64,000 bases of DNA from an uncultured Desulfospira sp. (GCA_963663165.1 OY760175.1:4160001-4224000), one strand, 5' to 3'. Positions 31,083 to 40,447 are shown, numbered from the stretch's first letter. Numbers and translations: made by a program. The notes: generated by a model from the letters alone, not told the origin.

Positions 31083-31209
31083 CACGACGGGGAGCTCAGC
31101 CGCCCGGAGCGAGAACCGAGAACTTCCCCAAAATTAAATTCTTTTCAAAAACCAAGGTCTTTCAAAAAGCCGATAGCTCTCCGGGTCGGCCTGCAGCGTT
31201 TTGTTGTGC
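31083..31209 (-). other. attC site; introns A/B at its R' core (GTC variant)
   Basis: GCACAAC...GAGCTCCCC-GTCGTG|GTGCG; near-identical to attC 31952-32078. Confidence 0.88.
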
Positions 31210-31212
31210 GAG

Positions 31213-31518
31213 TTATATTAAAGCCTCTAAGCCTTTTCTTTCCATGATATCCAACAATTTCCTTGAGGCTCCTGTAGGTTTTTTATTCCCCTGTTCCCAC
31301 TTCTGTACAGTAGAGGTACTAATATTGAAAACGCTTGCTAACGCAGCTTGGCTTAAATTAAATCTTTTTCGGATTTCGGTTATGTTTTTGGGGGAATAGT
31401 CTTTAACTTCTGGAAGACATAATTTTTCAATATTTCTTAAAGTAATGTCATCCACAAGCCCACTTTTATTTAAGTCCCTTACGGTTTCGGTAATTGAATC
31501 TGAAATTGATTTTCTCAT
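31213..31518 (-). CDS. HigA-type XRE antitoxin
   Basis: LSQAALASVFNISTSTVQKWEQGNKKPTG. Confidence 0.92.
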   Translation of the reverse strand: MRKSISDSITETVRDLNKSGLVDDITLRNIEKLCLPEVKDYSPKNITEIRKRFNLSQAALASVFNISTSTVQKWEQGNKKPTGASRKLLDIMERKGLEALI

Positions 31519-31883
31519 GTTGCCACCTCTTTTAAATCACCATTTTGGACTGCTATATCAATTTCCCTTTCAGAAAATGAAAGTAAAATTTTAGCAAGTT
31601 CCTTGAAGACAAATAGCTCTTTGGGTGAAAGGTTTGATTTTTCATTTTTTGAGAATCCATGGATGAAAATAATTCTGCTCCCTTTTTTATAGCAAACAAT
31701 CGTTCTTCCACTACCGCTTTTGCCTTGACCAGGGAACCGAATTCTTTTTTTGTAAATGTGTCCGCCCAAATTTGCTTCGTAATTTCCACTACCGACTTCT
31801 TCCAATGCTGTTTCCAAGTCATCGATCAGTATTTTTTGCTTTGAAGCCCATTTCGCAAAGTGCTTTGTCATTAATTTTCGCAT
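31515..31883 (-). CDS. RelE/HigB-type toxin (cassette)
   Basis: NLGGHIYKKRI, GKSGSGRTI, GFSKNEKSNL. Confidence 0.92.
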   Translation of the reverse strand: MRKLMTKHFAKWASKQKILIDDLETALEEVGSGNYEANLGGHIYKKRIRFPGQGKSGSGRTIVCYKKGSRIIFIHGFSKNEKSNLSPKELFVFKELAKILLSFSEREIDIAVQNGDLKEVAT

Positions 31884-31951
31884 AACAACAATATAGCACC
31901 GGGTGACATGATTTTCAATATGTCTTTTTCTGTATCACGTTGGTTTTTAAC

Positions 31952-32078
31952 GCACAACGGGGAGCTCAGCCGCCCGGAGCGAGAACCGAGTACTTCCCAA
32001 AAATTAATTTTTTTCAAAAACCAAGGCCTTTCGAAAAGCCGCTAGCTCTCCGGGTCGGCCTGTAGCGTTTTGTTAGCT
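31952..32078 (-). other. attC site
   Basis: AGCTAAC...GAGCTCCCC-GTTGTGC imperfect hairpin. Confidence 0.9.
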
Positions 32079-32081
32079 GAA

Positions 32082-32600
32082 TTATTTTAGTTCAGCCATT
32101 ATTCTCTTCGGTGGTTCACTACTTTGGTGATCGGCGTCGGAGTTGAGAGATTTCTTAACAGCGGATTCAGCTCTAAACGAAATACTTGATGATTCAAGTT
32201 TGAAGAGTGCATCTGTAATACCCAAACGAATGATATCATTCTTTTTATGCCCAAGACTCAATCTCATTATTCGTGTAAGGTTTCCGTATGCCAAAATCTC
32301 TTGTTCTCCTTCTAACGTTGCTCCTTTACTCCAAAAACTTATTAATGATTTAACAACCTCCGGTTCACCGCAAGTAATGATCCTACTTTTGGCATCATTC
32401 AAGGCAGCCAAATCGATATTTTCATTTGTGACATCTCCAAGCCGTCTTGAAACGGCAAGTCTCGAAGCTGCAGCTAAAAAGTCTGAATAGGATTGAATTT
32501 GAAATTTCAACAGTTCACTTCTTTTATTCCGTGCGGTTGTTAAGTAGTGTGTAATAAAGGCTGCTATAATCGCACTAATAAATGATAAAAATATTGTCAC
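32082..32600 (-). CDS. Hypothetical cassette protein with an N-terminal TM helix
   Basis: 172 aa, GTG start, fills the cassette. Confidence 0.8.
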   Translation of the reverse strand: MTIFLSFISAIIAAFITHYLTTARNKRSELLKFQIQSYSDFLAAASRLAVSRRLGDVTNENIDLAALNDAKSRIITCGEPEVVKSLISFWSKGATLEGEQEILAYGNLTRIMRLSLGHKKNDIIRLGITDALFKLESSSISFRAESAVKKSLNSDADHQSSEPPKRIMAELK

Positions 32601-32614
32601 GAGTTTCCTTTACC

Positions 32615-32744
32615 AGCTAACGCGGAGCTGAGGGGCCAGGCTTTTAAACCCCAAAACTCTCGATAAAAAGTTGAATTTTCCTGAACCAAGCACTCCCAAA
32701 AGGCCGCGCAGTAAGCCTGGTCCCTCTCCAGCGTTTTGTTCTGC
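32615..32744 (-). other. attC site
   Basis: GCAGAAC...CAGCTCCGC-GTTAGCT; same family as 22871 and 25669. Confidence 0.9.
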
Positions 32745-32748
32745 AAAT

Positions 32749-33150
32749 TCAGCTGGTTAATAAATTGGGGATTTGTTTTCCTCGTTCAAAAATTATTTTT
32801 TCACAGAAAAATTCCCAATTTGTATCCATTTCCGCATCATAAACTTTCAAATTTCCTTGTTCCCAACCATCTATTTGGTAATCATCAATAGAAAGTTGAA
32901 CAATATCAATATCAGGGCATATAGTTATACTTCTTGGCCGTTCGATAATCATTTTGATTATAGGGATGTCATATGCATTTCGATCTTTTGTTAATTCAAG
33001 AACCATAACGTTGCATAAGTCCCCAGAAGCATCCAAATAATGTTCATATCTTAGTGACCAAATTTGTTTGTAGTTGATTAAGTTCCCGTCTGGCAACAGG
33101 TCTTCAATTTTATTGTAGCCAATAAATGTTTTTATATTTGCTGGTATCAT
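32749..33150 (-). CDS. Hypothetical acidic cassette protein
   Basis: 133 aa AT-rich ORF between attC sites. Confidence 0.8.
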   Translation of the reverse strand: MIPANIKTFIGYNKIEDLLPDGNLINYKQIWSLRYEHYLDASGDLCNVMVLELTKDRNAYDIPIIKMIIERPRSITICPDIDIVQLSIDDYQIDGWEQGNLKVYDAEMDTNWEFFCEKIIFERGKQIPNLLTS

Positions 33151-33158
33151 TTTTAATA

Positions 33159-33285
33159 GCAGAACGGGGAGCTCAGCCGACCGGGGCGTATAACCGAGCA
33201 GGTTGTCGAAGCCAAGTTTTTTCGAAAACCAAGCACTTTCGAAAAGCCGCTAGCCCCCCGGGTCGGCTGCAGCGTTTTGTTGTGC
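33159..33285 (-). other. attC site of cassette 1
   Basis: GCACAAC...GAGCTCCCC-GTTCTGC. Confidence 0.9.
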
Positions 33286-33327
33286 AAAATGTCTTCTCCC
33301 TAAACCAAAAAGATTTATTAAATCTAA

Positions 33328-33963
33328 TCATTTAAAGGATGCTTGCCCACCTGAACATAAAGCCAACAACTCTTTACTGCTCAACAATTCCGCTGCCATT
33401 TGGCGTAAAATAATATATTGCACGTCTGGAACAGGAATGTTTTTGGGAATTCCGTCGATTATTTTTGTAATATACCCAACTGCTGGACCATTTTTAACCT
33501 GATCGTATTCTTTGGAGAGTTTTTTATCAACGTGCGCCCCTCCATCCTTATTCGCTGCCCCAAGATATATATCTCTTCTCGATATTCTCATGGTCGTTTG
33601 TAATATTGATTGGTTAATCCATGTTTTTATAGAAACGTCTGTATATTTAGTATCGTTAAATCTGCATGCGGGGACAAAATGGGTTCCTGGAGTAGGGTGA
33701 TTACAACCAATTGCGTACATACCGCCAGCCATAAATGCAAGCTTGTCGTCGTCTTCGCCATCACCTACAGTAGATGATAATTTAATATCAGAAGCTTTTA
33801 AGTGCTTTAATAAAGATGTAGAATTTTTGGTATCGTGAATTAACACCCTTATCGTTGTTGCAATTCTAAGCCCTTCATCTTTAAATCCTTGATCGAAAAG
33901 AATGCTTGATCTATGAAGAAACCCTAATTGTTCTTGTAATTTTTCTTTAAAATCAACAGCCAT
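33328..33963 (-). CDS. Hypothetical protein, first cassette
   Basis: 211 aa AT-rich ORF; AAAGGA RBS. Confidence 0.85.
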   Translation of the reverse strand: MAVDFKEKLQEQLGFLHRSSILFDQGFKDEGLRIATTIRVLIHDTKNSTSLLKHLKASDIKLSSTVGDGEDDDKLAFMAGGMYAIGCNHPTPGTHFVPACRFNDTKYTDVSIKTWINQSILQTTMRISRRDIYLGAANKDGGAHVDKKLSKEYDQVKNGPAVGYITKIIDGIPKNIPVPDVQYIILRQMAAELLSSKELLALCSGGQASFK

Positions 33964-34080
33964 AAACGTCCTTTGTCAGGAAACAATCAAGTATTAATAA
34001 GGGATATAATGTTTGTCCAAGTGCAAAAAAAATCAAATTTTTAAATACCGTTAACTGATATTTGAACCTTCCGTTTCAAA

Positions 34081-34138
34081 GCACAACAGTGAAATAGGCA
34101 GAATGGGCCAATAGTATAATAGGCGGATTCTGCCTATT
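34081..34138 (-). other. attI site
   Basis: Minus-strand G|TTGTGC at 34087-34081 matches the R'' of cassette 1; flanked by repeated AATAGGC(A/G)GA boxes. Confidence 0.75.
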
Positions 34139-34212
34139 GCATTAATTGCAATTTTTGGGTATTATTTTACACAACTTGAACTACCCCCAGAAAGATATTG
34201 GATACCTACCAT

Positions 34213-35607
34213 ATGAATCCGGCAAAATCAACACACGAAAACGAAATCAAAAGATTTTGGGACAATTACATTAATCGTTTAGAACATGCTGGTATTAAAA
34301 GTAATGTTTCCAGGTGGTATGTGATCAGAGCCGAGCAGTATATCAAGGCTTTTCCGGATAAGCGTCTGGCCGATCATAACCCTGAGGACGTGGTCTCCTA
34401 CCTGGAGCAGCAGGGCCGGGCCGGCCGGATTCAGGACTGGCAGTTCCGGCAGCTGGTCGATGCTATACAGAATTTATTTTCCATGCTTGGCGTATCCTGG
34501 CTGTCGGATGTAGACTGGCAGTTCTGGATGGATTCAGCCGCGTCCCTGACAGAAGTTCATCCCACAGTTGCCGGCAGCCTTCCGGCTAAAGCAACCATTG
34601 AAAAATTATCCGGCCGAAAAGGCTCACAGCTTTCCGCTGTCCGCAAACTTCATGCAGATCTTCTGGAAAAGCTGCTGATCGTCTTGCGGACGAAGGGGTA
34701 TTCCATAAGAACCGAGCAGTCTTACGAATCCTGGGTAAGCCGTTTTATTGAGTTTTGCCAAAATCAGGACCCGGCCGGGCTTGGTAAGGTTGAAGTGGTC
34801 TCCTTTTTGCAACATCTGGCTGTTGGGCGGAATGTGGCGGAGAGTACCCAGAACCAGGCGTTGAATGCCCTTGTCTTTTTTTATGACAAGGTTTTGGAAC
34901 AGCCCCTGGGGGATCTTGGGGATTTTGTCCGGGTAAAACGCCCTAAACGGCGACCGGTTGTGCTGACCCGGATTGAAGTGGCAAAACTGATCGACCACAT
35001 GGAGGGCCGCCAGAAACTGATGGCCTCCCTGCTTTATGGCACCGGCATGCGGCTGATGGATTGTATCAGGCTCAGGGTCCAGGATATTGATTTTGGGTAT
35101 TATCAGATTGTGGTCAGGGACGGAAAAGGCAAAAAAGACCGGGTAGTTCCATTGCCGGAAGGGCTTGTCAGCGATCTTACGGCCCATCTTGAAAAAGTTC
35201 GTAAACTGCACGAGGCAGATTTGGAAAAAGGGTTTGGAGAGGTCTATCTACCCTATGCCTATGACCGCAAATCCCCCAAAGCGGCAAAGGAATGGGGATG
35301 GCAGTATGTGTTCCCCAGCGGACGGCTTTCCGTTGATCCAAGGAGTGGAAAAACACGCCGTCACCATATTCACGAAAATGGTCTTCAAAAAGCCGTGAAA
35401 AAAGCGGCGCAGCAGGCCCAGATTACGAAAAGGGTAAACTGCCACGCCCTTCGCCACAGTTTTGCCACCCATCTTCTGGAAAGCGGTTATGATATCCGTA
35501 CCGTGCAGGATCTGCTCGGCCATGCCAATGTTTCAACAACCATGATCTATACCCATGTGCTTAACCGGGGCGGGAGAGGCGTAAAAAGTCCCTTTGACGT
35601 GCTGTAA
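34213..35607 (+). CDS. intI: Integron integrase, long form with an N-terminal extension
   Basis: [18 protein letters not shown]...TTMIY plus the integron-specific WQYVFPS..SVDPRSG..RRHH segment. Confidence 0.96.
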   Translation: MNPAKSTHENEIKRFWDNYINRLEHAGIKSNVSRWYVIRAEQYIKAFPDKRLADHNPEDVVSYLEQQGRAGRIQDWQFRQLVDAIQNLFSMLGVSWLSDVDWQFWMDSAASLTEVHPTVAGSLPAKATIEKLSGRKGSQLSAVRKLHADLLEKLLIVLRTKGYSIRTEQSYESWVSRFIEFCQNQDPAGLGKVEVVSFLQHLAVGRNVAESTQNQALNALVFFYDKVLEQPLGDLGDFVRVKRPKRRPVVLTRIEVAKLIDHMEGRQKLMASLLYGTGMRLMDCIRLRVQDIDFGYYQIVVRDGKGKKDRVVPLPEGLVSDLTAHLEKVRKLHEADLEKGFGEVYLPYAYDRKSPKAAKEWGWQYVFPSGRLSVDPRSGKTRRHHIHENGLQKAVKKAAQQAQITKRVNCHALRHSFATHLLESGYDIRTVQDLLGHANVSTTMIYTHVLNRGGRGVKSPFDVL

Positions 35608-35935
35608 TTCGAAACTAAACAGCGGGTCGCCGCCACATTGAAAACCGTAAAAATTTTTGATATAAATCAGGACAGAGCCGGGACCTTTTCAAAGGGGATG
35701 GCAAAAGAGCGGGTTCTGGTCGTGCCGAATATGGAAGACGCTGTTAGAATCTGCGATATCGTCAGCTCAGTGACCGTTGGCCGGTCCCACCCGGTTTTTA
35801 AAAAAGATTTGCTGCAGACTATAACTATCTGAAAATATATTTATGTTTCGTTTTGGACGATGCCTTGGCCGGATAACCAGGGACAGTCCGGTTTCTATCT
35901 TTTATAGCAACCCCAATTTCATGGAGGAAAGACAG

Positions 35936-36910
35936 ATGAAACACATTTCAAAAGTGATGGTTGTTCTGGCCGCGGCAAGCCTTCTGTTTGCCGGACGGGC
36001 CATGGCTGTCGACAGAATCTTTTTCGGCATTGCCACCGGGGGTACCGGCGGCACCTATTACCCCCTGGGGGGGATGCTGGCCCAGATGATTTCCAACAAG
36101 GTGGTCATTAACGGCAAAAAACTGTCCGCCACCGCGGAAACCGGAAATGCGTCCGTGGCCAATGCCACCTTGCTGGGCAGAAAGGGGATTGAATCCGCCT
36201 TTGCCGGGGCTGATATCCTGAGTGCGGCTTACAAAGGCATTAAACAGTTTGACGGCAAAGAGCAAAAAAGCTTAAGGGCCTTGGGCGCGCTTTATCCTGA
36301 AACTGTACAGCTGGTGGTCCGGGGCAATGCCGGAATAACCAAATTTGAAGATCTCAAGGGCAAATCCATTTCCTCCGGGTCTCCCGGATCCGGCCAGTGG
36401 CAGCTGCTTGGTGATTTGCTCAATTGCTACGGCATGGACCGGAAAAACGATATAAAAGAGGATTACTCTTCTTTTGCCCAGTCGGTTGAAAAAATCAAAA
36501 ACGGCCGTCTGGACGCCTCTTTGATCACGGCCGGAACCCCTACGGCGTCTGTTGCAGAGCTGGCCGCCCATCATGATATCCAGATCATACCGTTGAGCGG
36601 ACCGGCTATTGAGGGCCTTCAGAAGGTTCAGCCCTGTTATGCCGGTTTTCTGCTGCCGGCCGGGACCTATAAAGGCCAGGATGAGGCGGTGAAGACCATT
36701 GCCGTCCGCGCCATCTGGGCTACCCATGACGAGCTGGATAAGGTGCTGGCCTATCACCTGGTCAAAGCCTTGTATGAAAATACAGACACCCTGGCCAAGG
36801 TTCATGTCAAAGGCAAGGATATCAGCCTTGAAACCGCCCTGGAATCGGTTTCCATTCCCCTGCATCCCGGCGCGGAACGGTACTATCGTGAAAAAGGCCT
36901 GATCGACTAA
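35936..36910 (+). CDS. TAXI-family TRAP solute-binding protein
   Basis: IATGGTGGTYYPLG, ALYPETVQ, IPLHPGAERYY; signal peptide. Confidence 0.93.
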   Translation: MKHISKVMVVLAAASLLFAGRAMAVDRIFFGIATGGTGGTYYPLGGMLAQMISNKVVINGKKLSATAETGNASVANATLLGRKGIESAFAGADILSAAYKGIKQFDGKEQKSLRALGALYPETVQLVVRGNAGITKFEDLKGKSISSGSPGSGQWQLLGDLLNCYGMDRKNDIKEDYSSFAQSVEKIKNGRLDASLITAGTPTASVAELAAHHDIQIIPLSGPAIEGLQKVQPCYAGFLLPAGTYKGQDEAVKTIAVRAIWATHDELDKVLAYHLVKALYENTDTLAKVHVKGKDISLETALESVSIPLHPGAERYYREKGLID

Positions 36911-36911
36911 A

Positions 36912-37391
36912 ATGAAGCGCATGGCTGCAGGCCTCCCGGTTTTTCTGGCGGCTGCCTGCATCTGCATAGTTTCCTTCAGCCTGACCGCCGGAACCCTTGG
37001 CCCGAAATTAATGGTATCACAATTTCCCGGCGGCAAAGACCTTCACCAGATTAATCTGGACAAAGAAAAAGGGTTTTCTCTTTCCTTTATCCACTCGGTG
37101 TCCCAAACCCGGGTCACGGATATTTACCGGATTGAAGGAGACCGGATTATCCAGACCGCAGAACGGTTCCGGGCCCATGGCGCAGGGCTTCCCTCCCAGA
37201 CAGATGAGCCAGGCGTTACCCGCTGGGAAAAAAAGGGGGATGAGTTTGTTATCACCATGGAGCGGCCTGTTCCCCAAATAGTGATCCGGACCGATAAAAA
37301 TTATGAAAACCGGCTCATGGTCGGCCGCCGGGTGATCAACCTCAACCAATGGGAAGACCAGGCCCTGCGGCTGTATATTAAAACAGACTAA
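36912..37391 (+). CDS. DUF1850-like TAXI-associated protein
   Basis: FSLSFIHSVSQT, HGAGLP. Confidence 0.8.
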   Translation: MKRMAAGLPVFLAAACICIVSFSLTAGTLGPKLMVSQFPGGKDLHQINLDKEKGFSLSFIHSVSQTRVTDIYRIEGDRIIQTAERFRAHGAGLPSQTDEPGVTRWEKKGDEFVITMERPVPQIVIRTDKNYENRLMVGRRVINLNQWEDQALRLYIKTD

Positions 37392-37756
37392 CGGCTGGTC
37401 TTTATGGGCACTGGCCATATGGGGTCCCGAATCTATAAAACCGGTTCACCTGGGAGAGGCTATGGCAGGGCAATCGCATGTAAAAGAAAGCCATCTCTTC
37501 CGGAATTGAAAATAAGGATAATCTCCAATTATGTAGCGTGTTTGATTATGTTGTGAGTTTTATTCATTTTTATTCAAAAAGATTTTTCAAATCTTTCATT
37601 TTATTCGTATAATTCCAAATCATATGCATAGAAAAAGCCCGGAGTAGCCCCTCCGGGCTTTGATTGTGAACTCCCGTCGATAGCCGGAGAAGCCCACACA
37701 CACAGTTATATTTCTATATCATTTTCCGGTTATCTGCAATACCGGAAAAATCTAAA

Positions 37757-38143
37757 ATGCTTTTAATTCCAAATACATGCCGATGGTGCCATTTCGTATT
37801 TTTTGTTTGCAGGTTCTGCTGGAGAGGGCAGGCCTATTGTTGCAGGGACTGCCGTAAGGCCGGAATCCTCAGAAACAAAAGAGAAGCACAGCGACGATAC
37901 CGCCAGACCGAGAAGGGGAAAAGACGGCATCGGGAAGCCGAGAACCGGCGTCGGCATCGAAAAAAAATTCAAGAGACAAAAAACATGGATGATACAGCTT
38001 CCACAGTGCTGCCTGCTTGGTGTAGGACAATAATATTGTGGATTTTGTTTCAGATTCAGGGCCTTCCAATCAAACCATATTGTCAATTCTGCGGCTCTTC
38101 AGGTCAAGTCGTCACACAATTTCCCCGGCGGGGATATGGATAA
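37757..38143 (+). CDS. Cys-rich basic hypothetical protein
   Basis: CxxC x3 then Arg/Lys-rich helix; C-terminal CxxC. Confidence 0.65.
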   Translation: MLLIPNTCRWCHFVFFVCRFCWRGQAYCCRDCRKAGILRNKREAQRRYRQTEKGKRRHREAENRRRHRKKIQETKNMDDTASTVLPAWCRTIILWILFQIQGLPIKPYCQFCGSSGQVVTQFPRRGYG

Positions 38144-38576
38144 ACGTAAAAACTGGAGGCGCGGCATGGTAAAAAAAGAAATCCTGAACCCTTCAAGGGT
38201 GCGTTGTATCAAAGGAGGATTTAGTTTTATCCCCCATCGGTTTCTTACGGGTGGATTTTTGCGAGCATTAAGCCGGGACGAGTTGTTATTGTATTTTTTC
38301 CTGGTTCTGGCCGGTGACCGCAACGGATTAAGTTTTTACAGTTATGATAAAATATGCACCCTGCTAAAAATGCAACTGGACCAGTACATTGAAGCTCGGG
38401 ATGGATTGATGGAAAATGATCTGATTGCCTTTGACGGCACCATTTACCAGGTGCTTTCCTTACCGGCCAACCTTATACAATCTGCTGTACAAAAAAAATC
38501 TTCCCTGAACAGCCGTCAACCTGAATCAGTTGGAAAAATTTTGAGCAAACTGGTTATGGAGGCCGATCATGGTTGA
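38136..38576 (+). CDS. Putative winged-HTH protein
   Basis: GGFSFIPHRFL, LLLYFFLVLAGDRNGLSFYSYDKIC; stop/start overlaps with both neighbours. Confidence 0.7.
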   Translation: MDKRKNWRRGMVKKEILNPSRVRCIKGGFSFIPHRFLTGGFLRALSRDELLLYFFLVLAGDRNGLSFYSYDKICTLLKMQLDQYIEARDGLMENDLIAFDGTIYQVLSLPANLIQSAVQKKSSLNSRQPESVGKILSKLVMEADHG

Positions 38577-39486
38577 GCAGACACCCAAAAGTCCGCCCGG
38601 TTATGATCTGGATCAGATCCGCCGGGATTATCTGGACCATATGCTTAAAATCAAGGAAAGCTCTCCTTCTCAAACCTGTTGCAGGACCAAAATTATCAAA
38701 GCGTTTGACAGTTATCTGCAAACATCGGGAGTCTCACTGGTCAATATAAACATAGGGCATGTTGATGATTTTCTGGCAAGGTTCAATGCCCCATATGCAA
38801 AGAGTACCCAGGGGGTATACCGTTCCTGTTTTCGAGGCTTTTTGCACTACCTGTATAATGAACGGCATTTGATCCAACAGAATTTAGCCCCGCTTGTGAC
38901 CGGTCCGCCAATGTTTGCTCAAGTCAAGCCTCCTAAATTTTTAAGACCCGGTGAAGTCCGTCAGTTATTTGATCATTTGCCCTGTGCAACATCCAAAGAG
39001 CTTCGTGTCTATGCACAGGTTCACCTGGCTTATTATCTTGGATTGCGCCCCATTGAAATCAGCCGCCTTACTCTGGACGATATCTGTTTTGCCAAAGGAC
39101 TGCTAAACCTGGAAAACACAAAAAATGCAAAGCCCCTTCAATTGCCCATTCCCGATGAAGTTATCAAAGCAATCACCGCTTATATCGTTGGAGGCAGGCC
39201 TAAAAGTCAGTCTCGCTCTCTTTTTTTAACCAGCCATTGCCCACCTTACAGAGCTGTAAGTGCCTGGCTCACCAGGCACGATTTAACAAAGGCGTTGCGG
39301 GCTGCCGGTCTTCCCGGTACAGGATATTGGCTGCGCCACACCTTTGCACAAAACATGCTGGAAGCAGGTGCCGGCATTTTTGAAATCAAAGAAATGATGG
39401 GGCATTCCATCATTGATTCCACAAAAGTATATCTAAGTATCCACAAGGAATTGATGCGCCGGGTGTTGTTCGATGAAACCGTTTAA
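38569..39486 (+). CDS. Tyrosine recombinase (RitA-like)
   Basis: GLRPIE, WLRHTFA, GHS..STKVY. Confidence 0.9.
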   Translation: MVEQTPKSPPGYDLDQIRRDYLDHMLKIKESSPSQTCCRTKIIKAFDSYLQTSGVSLVNINIGHVDDFLARFNAPYAKSTQGVYRSCFRGFLHYLYNERHLIQQNLAPLVTGPPMFAQVKPPKFLRPGEVRQLFDHLPCATSKELRVYAQVHLAYYLGLRPIEISRLTLDDICFAKGLLNLENTKNAKPLQLPIPDEVIKAITAYIVGGRPKSQSRSLFLTSHCPPYRAVSAWLTRHDLTKALRAAGLPGTGYWLRHTFAQNMLEAGAGIFEIKEMMGHSIIDSTKVYLSIHKELMRRVLFDETV

Positions 39487-40447
39487 AAGCTTTTTGGCCA
39501 CAGAGATGGAAAACTTTATTGTTTACCGGCAAGGACTGGGATACAGTTGCCATATGCTCCGGTGGGCCTTGCTTACCTTTGACGATTTTTTAATGAGGCA
39601 GCCGGATCTCTCAGACATTTGGATGCCCCATTTTTATATCACCTTTAAAAATGAGATTGGCCTTGAGCCCTCCGGCGTAGCCAGCATTCTAAATGTAGTT
39701 CGAGGCTTTTTTGATTATCTGAAACGGCAGCGGATAAATCTTGATAACCCTTTGAAAGATGTGACCGCTCCGGCCCGACGCACCTTCATCCCCTTTATAT
39801 TCTCACCGGAGCAGGTAGAAATGTTACTGGGGGTGGTATGCGGACGGATCCGGCAAACCCCTATGCGGTTCCTTAAAGATTACAGTGAATATCTGGTGAT
39901 CCTTCTGCTTGCCCGCTGTGGGCTGAGGATGAATGAACCCTTGCGCCTGAGATTGAAAAATTACCGGCCGGATGAAAAGACGATTTACATAGAGAAAACC
40001 AAGTTCAAAAAGGACCGTCTTATCCCTATTCCAAAATCAACTGCCATGCAGATTGACAACTATCTTTCAACCAGGGCCGCTTTAATTGAAAACGATATGA
40101 ATCCCTACCTGTTCATGGAGATAGGGGAAAACGGCTTGAACGATAACCGTATTCGCTCTGTTTTTCACGATGCTGTGCGTCAAATCGGGATCCGCCGCCC
40201 AAGGAAAATTATCGGCGACACGACCTTTGGGAAGCCCACTCCGCACTGTTTACGGCACTCTTTTGCCATTAACACCTTGAAGGCAGCCATTGCCCGGAAA
40301 CAATCACCCCGGAATGTGCTGCCGGTGCTTGCCGGCTATATGGGTCATGTTGAGTATAAATACACCATGGAATATTTGAAAGCAGTTGATGCTGAAAGCC
40401 GCGACAGCCTGTTCAAATTTACCACCGGCAGAAGGGATGAATCATGA
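39473..40447 (+). CDS. Tyrosine recombinase (RitB-like)
   Basis: GLRMNE, TKFKKDR, HCLRHSFA, LAGYMGH..TMEY. Confidence 0.9.
   Translation: MKPFKSFLATEMENFIVYRQGLGYSCHMLRWALLTFDDFLMRQPDLSDIWMPHFYITFKNEIGLEPSGVASILNVVRGFFDYLKRQRINLDNPLKDVTAPARRTFIPFIFSPEQVEMLLGVVCGRIRQTPMRFLKDYSEYLVILLLARCGLRMNEPLRLRLKNYRPDEKTIYIEKTKFKKDRLIPIPKSTAMQIDNYLSTRAALIENDMNPYLFMEIGENGLNDNRIRSVFHDAVRQIGIRRPRKIIGDTTFGKPTPHCLRHSFAINTLKAAIARKQSPRNVLPVLAGYMGHVEYKYTMEYLKAVDAESRDSLFKFTTGRRDES

Larger units (their letters stand above)
18627..35607. mobile_element. Chromosomal integron: intI, attI and about 10 cassettes oriented on the - strand
   Basis: IntI-specific motif, divergent AT-rich cassettes, nine attC hairpins with GTT/AAC cores. 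Confidence 0.95.

Noticed and set aside
21256..33285. Recurring repeats as a CRISPR array
   Set aside because: Units are 60-130 bp imperfect hairpins separated by whole genes, with GTT/AAC cores and an adjacent intI; no cas genes.
37462..37509. Short ORF as the start of a permease disrupted by the RIT
   Set aside because: It stops before the element, the right flank has no permease sequence, and the flanks form one palindrome.
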